In this document: piece after piece, positions 57,846 through 64,000 of the stretch
Layout: each line of letters opens with the position of its first letter
Position numbering within the stretch: the first letter of the stretch is position 1
NCBI GenBank assembly: GCA_037441285.1
Contig: JBBISL010000008.1
Coordinates: 1-64,000 of the forward strand
Length of the DNA stretch: 64,000 nucleotides
Direction of reading: 5' to 3'
From: a candidate division WOR-3 bacterium
GTDB lineage: Bacteria; Hydrothermota; Tepidihabitantia; Tepidihabitantales; Tepidihabitantaceae
Position numbers and translations under genes: made by a program
Notes under the pieces: model-generated
Seen by the model: the letters and a program-made list of their open reading frames with translations, nothing else
What the model was told of the DNA's origin: nothing
Databases searched by the model: none

Positions 57846-60350
57846 CTAATGCGCCTCACCCCAGTTTCGCCCAACTCCAATCTCCACGACCAGAGGCACC
57901 CGTAACCGCCACGCACTCTCCATCTCCATCTTCTCATTTTCCCTGGCTTCATCAACCAGCGCCTCCTCAACCTCAACAACCAGTTCGTCGTGAATCTGAA
58001 GGATAATCCCTCCTGCAAAACCCATTTCTCCCATCCGCCGGTCAATGGCAATCATCGCTTTCTTCATGATATCGGCTGCTGACCCCTGCATTGGCGCATT
58101 CAATGCCGCCCGTTGCGCCGCCTCCGCAGTTTGCCGTTCCGGACTCAGAACCCCTGGAACCGGCCTTATACGTCCGGCGATTGTGCGCACAAAACCCTGG
58201 CGCCGCGCTTCTTCAAACGCCCGCTCGCGCCACTTTGCCACCCCGGGGAACTTACGGTAATACTCTTCAATGAATGCCCGCGCCTGCTCCACCGGGATGT
58301 CTATCCTTGACGAAAGTCCCCAATCCCCCATACCGTAAATAATCCCGTAGTTTACCATCTTGGCAATCCGACGATGCTCTTCAGTTACCGCCTCAATCGG
58401 AATGTCCAATATCGCTGCTGCCGTTGCCACATGAATGTCTTCACCCTGTTCAAACAGTTCAATCAACCGCTCGTCTTCGGTAAAATGGGCGAGGATGCGC
58501 AACTCAATCTGAGAGTAATCGGCCGAGATTAACACCATCCCTTCATCCGCCACAAACGCCCGCCGCACCTTCCTCCCCAGTTCGCCCCGAATCGGGATGT
58601 TTTGCAAATTGGGCTCGGAACTGGACAACCGTCCGGTACTCGTTCCCGTCTGGTTAAAATTGGTGTAAACTCGCTGTGTCTTTTTCTCTGCCAGTCCCCT
58701 CAGGGGGTTGATATAGGTAGAGATCAATTTATCCAGTTCCCGATAACGTAAAACCTCCTTAACAATTGGGTGCACCTCAACCAGTTCTGTTAACACATCA
58801 GAACCGGTAGAGTAGCCGGTCTTGGTTCGTCTACCCCGGGGCAGTTTCAACCGCTCAAAGAGTACCTGACCCAACTGCTTTGGTGAACCAACATTAAATA
58901 CGACCCCGGCTAAATCGTGTATCCTTCTTTCCACCATTTTCTGTTCTTCAACCAGTTCCTGTTCCAGTTGGGCGAGAAAATTAATATCAATCTTAACTCC
59001 CCGTCGTTCCATCCTGGCAAGCACAAAAATGAGAGGCATCTCCAGTTCGAGCGCAACCGGCTCCAATCCCATCGCCTGGATCTGTGGTAACAGCGCCTGA
59101 TAAATCTTATAGGCAAGCGCCGCCTTTTCTGCTCCACTATCGGCGCGTATCGGCCGCCCTAAAACTTGGGCACTCACATCACTCACCTCAAACCTTTTCC
59201 GATTCGGGTCCAAAAGCCACGCCCCCACTCCAACATCAAAGAGCGCGCCCAGCTCATCAATTCCCATCTTCATAATCTCTTTTACCATCCCCTTCAATTC
59301 AAACCCGGCAAAAACCACATCTCTTGCCGAACCCAGCCGCACTAAAGCTTCTGGCTCCTGAATCGGTACACACAGCGCCGTTTTATTTGAACCGTAAACC
59401 CAAACCCCTTTATCGCGCTCAAAAAACAGTCCACAAACCCGATTCGTTAAAATCTGTGCCAGCGGCTCAGTTCCAAACTCGACAACCTTTAGACCCTCAA
59501 ACTCCTCATTTCCGGAAACTTCATTACCCATGAGTTCCTGTAAAAGAGAATTGAACTCAAGCCGGCGATAAATCTCTACCAGCTTTTCCCGGTCCATCTC
59601 TTTTAACTTCAAATCTTCCCAGTTGAACGCTACGGGCGCATCGCGCTTGATAACTGCCAGTTGCTTACTTGTCTTTACCAGATCCTGATAACTCTTTAAC
59701 CGCTCATCACGCCTCAGCGCTTCGTCCAGTCCGCCGTACTTTAACAGAATATCGAGCGCCCGTTTCGGCCCAATTCCGGGAACTCCGGGAATGTTGTCAA
59801 CTGTATCGCCGGCAAGGGCCAAAAATTCCGGTACCTGCTCCGGACTCACACCCAGCTTCTTCTTTACCTCTGCTGGGGTCAAAAACAACTCCTTCCACGG
59901 TTCGTAAACCTGTACCCTTTCATCCACCAGTTGAAGCAAATCTTTATCAGAGCTCACCACCACTACTTCTATCTCTTGCTCTTTGCCCTGCTCGGCGATG
60001 GTACCGATGACATCGTCTGCCTCCACCCCCGGCACCTCAAAAACCTTAACGCCCCAGGCTTGCACCATCTCCTTAACCACCGGAATTGACGCTTTCAGTT
60101 CATCTGGAACCTTAGGTCGCTGTGCCTTGTACTCAGCAAAAAGTTCTTCCCGGAATGTTTTACCCGGGGCATCAAAAACCACCGCACATAATTCCGGTTT
60201 CAACTCCTTAATTACCTTGCGGATGGTATTGGCAAATCCAAATGGCGCCGAAGTGTTCTCGCCCCGAGAATTTCGCAACGGATTCCGGATAAAAGCAAAA
60301 AAACTGCGGTATAACACCGAATGGCCATCAATCAGAACAAGCCGTTTCAC
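57846..60350 (-). CDS. polA: DNA polymerase I
   Basis: 5-prime nuclease domain (LIDG, EADD, GDTVDNIPG) and polymerase motifs ADYSQIELR, AKMVNYG, QIHDEL. Confidence 0.97.
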   Translation of the reverse strand: MKRLVLIDGHSVLYRSFFAFIRNPLRNSRGENTSAPFGFANTIRKVIKELKPELCAVVFDAPGKTFREELFAEYKAQRPKVPDELKASIPVVKEMVQAWGVKVFEVPGVEADDVIGTIAEQGKEQEIEVVVVSSDKDLLQLVDERVQVYEPWKELFLTPAEVKKKLGVSPEQVPEFLALAGDTVDNIPGVPGIGPKRALDILLKYGGLDEALRRDERLKSYQDLVKTSKQLAVIKRDAPVAFNWEDLKLKEMDREKLVEIYRRLEFNSLLQELMGNEVSGNEEFEGLKVVEFGTEPLAQILTNRVCGLFFERDKGVWVYGSNKTALCVPIQEPEALVRLGSARDVVFAGFELKGMVKEIMKMGIDELGALFDVGVGAWLLDPNRKRFEVSDVSAQVLGRPIRADSGAEKAALAYKIYQALLPQIQAMGLEPVALELEMPLIFVLARMERRGVKIDINFLAQLEQELVEEQKMVERRIHDLAGVVFNVGSPKQLGQVLFERLKLPRGRRTKTGYSTGSDVLTELVEVHPIVKEVLRYRELDKLISTYINPLRGLAEKKTQRVYTNFNQTGTSTGRLSSSEPNLQNIPIRGELGRKVRRAFVADEGMVLISADYSQIELRILAHFTEDERLIELFEQGEDIHVATAAAILDIPIEAVTEEHRRIAKMVNYGIIYGMGDWGLSSRIDIPVEQARAFIEEYYRKFPGVAKWRERAFEEARRQGFVRTIAGRIRPVPGVLSPERQTAEAAQRAALNAPMQGSAADIMKKAMIAIDRRMGEMGFAGGIILQIHDELVVEVEEALVDEARENEKMEMESAWRLRVPLVVEIGVGRNWGEAH

Positions 60351-60358
60351 AACTAATC

Positions 60359-60386
60359 AGTATATCCTTGATAGAACAAAAGACAA
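60359..60386 (-). promoter_or_regulatory. promoter of polA-wecB, leaderless
   Basis: TTGTCT-16 nt-TATACT, 8 nt before GTG 60350. Confidence 0.55.
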
Positions 60387-60465
60387 GAACCAGCAACATT
60401 GTTGAATAGTCCAATGACGCTTAAACCGGACTCCTTCTGTACTACTTGTTACCTCTGCGCGCTCA

Positions 60466-60494
60466 TTGACTTCGGCACCTGGCTTCTTTAACAT
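60466..60494 (+). promoter_or_regulatory. promoter of nitroreductase gene, leaderless
   Basis: TTGACT-17 nt-TAACAT, 7 nt before ATG 60502. Confidence 0.55.
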
Positions 60495-60501
60495 CTTTGT
60501 G

Positions 60502-61059
60502 ATGGAAAGCCCGTTCTTAAACCTGTGCCTTATGCGCCGCTCGGTGCGTAAATTCAGCGAGCGGCCGGTTGAAAGAGAGAAGTTAGCGCACTGCCTTGAA
60601 GCCGCGCGCCTTGCACCCTCAGCCGACAACGGTCAACCCTGGCGGTTTCTGGTGTTCAACGACGCCGAAAAGAAACAGGCGCTGGCTCAGGCTGTATTCA
60701 AAGGGGTCTTTGCCGCATCAAAACATTTTGCCCGGGCACCGGTGCTCGTCGCACTGCTGCTCAAAGAAAGTTTTGTCATCAACCGTCTGGGCGGTGGCGC
60801 GGCCGGTACCCCGTTTCAGTTCATCGATGCCGGAATTGCCGGTGAACACTTTGTACTTGCCGCAGCTGAACAAGGGTTGGGAACCTGCTGGATTGGCTGG
60901 TTTGACACCCGGGCACTTTTAAAGCACCTTAAACTCGGTCCCGGGTATCGAGCGGTCGCTTTAATTGCGGTTGGCTATCCGGCCGAAGAATTAAAACCCC
61001 GTACCCCGAAGCGCAAACCCATTGAAGAAATTGCCTTCTGGAACACCGCACCGAAGTAA
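60502..61059 (+). CDS. nitroreductase family protein
   Basis: RRSVRKF, APSADNGQPW, GLGTCWIG, VGYP. Confidence 0.93.
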   Translation: MESPFLNLCLMRRSVRKFSERPVEREKLAHCLEAARLAPSADNGQPWRFLVFNDAEKKQALAQAVFKGVFAASKHFARAPVLVALLLKESFVINRLGGGAAGTPFQFIDAGIAGEHFVLAAAEQGLGTCWIGWFDTRALLKHLKLGPGYRAVALIAVGYPAEELKPRTPKRKPIEEIAFWNTAPK

Positions 61060-61144
61060 ACGGATAACCCAAGTTCGTATTCCTTGACAGCAAGAACTCG
61101 GCGTAAGATAATTTTAAAATAAATAGCTATGGAGGAAAATTGTT

Positions 61145-61720
61145 ATGACCGCAAAGAAAAAAATTTTAGTTCTTGAAGGTAGCCCGCGGCGGGGCAATAC
61201 TGAAATTGTCACCGACTGGGTACTTAAAGGACTGGGGAAAAAGGGGGTCGAGGTTAATCGACTTCGGGTGTGTGATTTGAACATCAATGGCTGTCAGGAG
61301 TGCGAAGGCTGCCTCGACTACAAGCATAAAGCCGGCTGCCAGCAAGAAGATGATATGCTTGAAATTTACGACCTGATGGTCGACAGCGACTTAATCATCT
61401 GGACCAGTCCGATTTTCTGCTGGGGTATTACCAGCCAGCTCAAGGCGGTGGTTGACCGTTGTTTTGCCCTCCTGAACGGTGAAAACCTTTTGAAAGGAAC
61501 TAAATGGGCGGTTATTTTGACAGCCGGGGGTGACCATTTCGACGGTGCCGACCTTGCCGTCGAAATGTTCAGGCGATTAGCCGAGTTTGGTAAGGTGAAT
61601 TACCTCGGACAATTTGTCGCCATTAACTGTTCCCGTCCCCAGCAGTTGAAGATAAATCGCAACCTTGCCACCGAAGCCCAGCGCTTTGGCAAAGACTTGC
61701 GCGCCGCATTAATCAAGTAG
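61145..61720 (+). CDS. iron-sulfur flavoprotein (Isf/flavodoxin family)
   Basis: GSPRRGNT, CQECEGC-x8-C, SPIF, LKAVVDR; GGAGG SD. Confidence 0.9.
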   Translation: MTAKKKILVLEGSPRRGNTEIVTDWVLKGLGKKGVEVNRLRVCDLNINGCQECEGCLDYKHKAGCQQEDDMLEIYDLMVDSDLIIWTSPIFCWGITSQLKAVVDRCFALLNGENLLKGTKWAVILTAGGDHFDGADLAVEMFRRLAEFGKVNYLGQFVAINCSRPQQLKINRNLATEAQRFGKDLRAALIK

Positions 61721-61728
61721 CCGTCAGG

Positions 61729-63972
61729 GTGCATTTCTCACTAAAACTACTGTCGTTGGGACTTGGACTTGCCTTTGGACTTTCTTCCGGTATTACCGGT
61801 GCCATCAACGGCTTTGTCCGGGACAAATCCAGCGGTGAACCGCTCGGCTATGCCAATGTCGAATTGAAGAACACCGGTATCGGCACCGTCACCAACGCTA
61901 AGGGCTATTTTTACCTTGGTGATGTACCCGCAGGTGAGTATCAGTTGGAGGTGTCGTTTATCGGCTACGAAAACCTTAAAATGAAGGTCACGGTCTCCAG
62001 CGGGAAAGTTTTAACCCTAAGCCTTGAACTCAAACCCGAGCCGGTGCCGGTTGGCGAGGTCAAAGTTACCGCGGAACGGGCACGCTTTGAGCGCGAAGTT
62101 GAGATCTCCGCCACCCGGCTTGACACCCGGCAACTGGTCATCATACCCCGTCTCGGTGGTGAAGTAGATTTATTCCGCACCGTCCAGCTCCTGCCCGGAG
62201 TTATCACCGTTTCTGACTTCTCAAACAAACTTTACATCCGCGGCGGTTCACCCGACCAAAACCTCATCCTCCTTGATGGCATCACCGTTTACAACCCATC
62301 CCACCTGTTTGGCATCTTTTCACCCTTTGTACCCGAAGCGGTTTCTGATGTCACCCTATTTGCCGGAGGGTTTGGTGCAAAGTACGGGGGCAGACTTTCC
62401 TCGGTTCTTGATGTCACCACCCGTGAGGGCAACTCCAAAGCCTACACCGGTTCTGGCTCAGTTTCCGTCATCGCGGCCAAAGCAATTGCCGAAGGACCAC
62501 TACCTTATGGCTCATTTCTCATCGCCGGTCGTCGAACCTATCTACCTGACTTAATCTTGAAGGCATTCGATGTTGAGGGCTTGGGTTACTACTTCTACGA
62601 CCTGATGGGCAAGGTCAATTATCTTCCGGCGGAAAACTACAGTTTTAGCCTTGCCGGACTGGCCGCCGAAGATGTCCTCTCCTTCTGGGACCCATCTAAC
62701 CCCAACACCTTCAAGGCAAGACTGCCTTGGGGCAATCGTGGTATCTCCTTGAAATGGAACGCAATCTTCACCCCGATTTTCTACAGTGAAATGATGTTTG
62801 CCTGGAGCAACTTCTTCTCCCGGTTTGATGTTGACTTTGTCAATACAAGCGATATCACGATGAAAACCGACCTCACCAGCTGGACCCTAAAGGCCGATTT
62901 TACCGCTTATCCCGCAGACCAGCACACACTCAGCATGGGTCTCGAGGCGCAGGCAAACTGGATGGGAATGAACATCAAGTTTGACACCTTCAACTTAAAC
63001 TTCCCCGATACTCTATTTCCCCTCGCCGTGTACCTTGAAGACAAATGGGAAATCCTGCCCGAAAAGCTCTTCCTCAAACCCGGTTTGCGCATCTCCTACT
63101 ACTCCAATGGTAACCGATTCGAGCCAGAACCCCGACTCGGTATAAAATTCCGCCCGGAAAAGAACACCGCTCTCAACCTCTCCATCGGTAGATTTACCCA
63201 GCCTCTTGTTACCCTGAACTCAACCGAACCTATCCTATCCATCTACGATGTGTGGGTCCCGGTTCCGGAAAACCGGAAAACCCCCACCGCCTATCATTAC
63301 ATCGCCGGTATTGAGCACTGGTTAAATCCGCAACTCATCCTCCAGCTCGAAACCTATTACAAAGATTACGACAACCTTCTGGAAACTCGCTACGGCGACT
63401 TCTTTACACCACCGGAATCACTCCTTACCGCTGATGGTTACTCCGCCGGTGCCGAACTCCTCCTGCGTAAAACTGCCGGTAAAATCAACGGCTGGCTTGC
63501 CTACTCGTTTATGTGGACCCGACGTTCAATTCAAGGCGAAACTTACTTCCCCCATTACGACCGGCGCCACAACCTGAACCTTGTTGCCTCCACCCAGATT
63601 CTCCCTTATCTTGACCTGACCCTGCGCTGGACTCTGGGGAGCGGTTTACCCTACGCCGGCATTGTCGGCTATTACCCCAAACAGATTGAAAAGCCCGGTG
63701 GCGGCACCGAACATCGCTGGGAGTTCATCAGCGGCTCCCGCGACGCCTTCCGCTATCCAATATACCACCGTCTTGACCTCGGTTTAGAAACAACCGTACC
63801 CCAAAGGCTTGGTAAATTTGAACTCAGTTTCTTCCTTGATGTCATCAACCTCTACAATGCCAGGAATGTCCTCCTCTATTACTGGGATGTCTCACCTTCG
63901 GGACTGCTCGAGCGCCATCAGGTTAATATGTTACCCATCCTGCCCACACTCGGATTCAGGGCGAAATTCTAA
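61729..63972 (+). CDS. TonB-dependent receptor with N-terminal carboxypeptidase-regulatory-like domain
   Basis: Signal peptide, GFVRD..GEPL, LPGV, IRGGSPDQNL-LLDG, YGGRLSSVLD plug, YHRLD, C-terminal Phe. Confidence 0.92.
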   Translation: MHFSLKLLSLGLGLAFGLSSGITGAINGFVRDKSSGEPLGYANVELKNTGIGTVTNAKGYFYLGDVPAGEYQLEVSFIGYENLKMKVTVSSGKVLTLSLELKPEPVPVGEVKVTAERARFEREVEISATRLDTRQLVIIPRLGGEVDLFRTVQLLPGVITVSDFSNKLYIRGGSPDQNLILLDGITVYNPSHLFGIFSPFVPEAVSDVTLFAGGFGAKYGGRLSSVLDVTTREGNSKAYTGSGSVSVIAAKAIAEGPLPYGSFLIAGRRTYLPDLILKAFDVEGLGYYFYDLMGKVNYLPAENYSFSLAGLAAEDVLSFWDPSNPNTFKARLPWGNRGISLKWNAIFTPIFYSEMMFAWSNFFSRFDVDFVNTSDITMKTDLTSWTLKADFTAYPADQHTLSMGLEAQANWMGMNIKFDTFNLNFPDTLFPLAVYLEDKWEILPEKLFLKPGLRISYYSNGNRFEPEPRLGIKFRPEKNTALNLSIGRFTQPLVTLNSTEPILSIYDVWVPVPENRKTPTAYHYIAGIEHWLNPQLILQLETYYKDYDNLLETRYGDFFTPPESLLTADGYSAGAELLLRKTAGKINGWLAYSFMWTRRSIQGETYFPHYDRRHNLNLVASTQILPYLDLTLRWTLGSGLPYAGIVGYYPKQIEKPGGGTEHRWEFISGSRDAFRYPIYHRLDLGLETTVPQRLGKFELSFFLDVINLYNARNVLLYYWDVSPSGLLERHQVNMLPILPTLGFRAKF

Positions 63973-63973
63973 T

Positions 63974-64000
63974 ATGCGCTACGGCACTATTCTTCTTATA
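63974..64000 (+). CDS. probable start of next gene (MRYGTILLI..., signal-peptide-like), truncated by window end
   Basis: ATG 1 nt after the receptor stop; only 9 codons visible. Confidence 0.4.

Noticed and set aside
57846..60350. PolA with degenerate proofreading domain
   Set aside because: Common in many bacterial Pol I enzymes; not unusual
1..64000. Stop-codon recoding or selenoproteins in redox genes
   Set aside because: All recognised proteins are full length under the standard code, with Cys at the catalytic positions

Overview
Core-genome window from a diderm bacterium of about 50% GC (by eye), probably anaerobic. Diderm markers are LpxH, TamA/TamB and a TonB-dependent receptor; anaerobe markers are NfnAB and two iron-sulfur flavoproteins. 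The gene style suggests a deep-branching candidate lineage such as WOR-3, but this is an impression only. About 55 CDSs and one tRNA-Thr(CGT) tile the window, mostly on the minus strand. They include carbamate kinase (partial), hpf-hprK, a PurS-fused purL, peroxiredoxin plus an encapsulin-type ferritin, an output-less multi-PAS protein, and a GT-C transferase. A long run reads rplR-rpsE-rpmD-rplO-secY-pdp-kinase-lpxH-gate protein-pepA-znuCBA. Further blocks are nfnAB-ddl, nfeD-SPFH-P-type ATPase-tamA-tamB-priA, pdxJ-secDF-pgpA-cinA-thpR, a surface-polysaccharide cluster, polA, nitroreductase, flavoprotein and TonB receptor. I found no integrase, transposase, prophage, CRISPR array or defence island, and no clear novel multi-gene system. 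The most unusual signals are: (1) a recurrent promoter layout with mostly 16-nt spacers lying 5-12 nt before SD-less start codons, implying widespread leaderless mRNAs; (2) a degenerate repeat family phased in 4-nt steps, shared by the two large intergenic regions near 26.2 kb and 38.8 kb; (3) a PriA that has lost its helicase motifs; (4) an spc operon split at rplR, with its own promoter.
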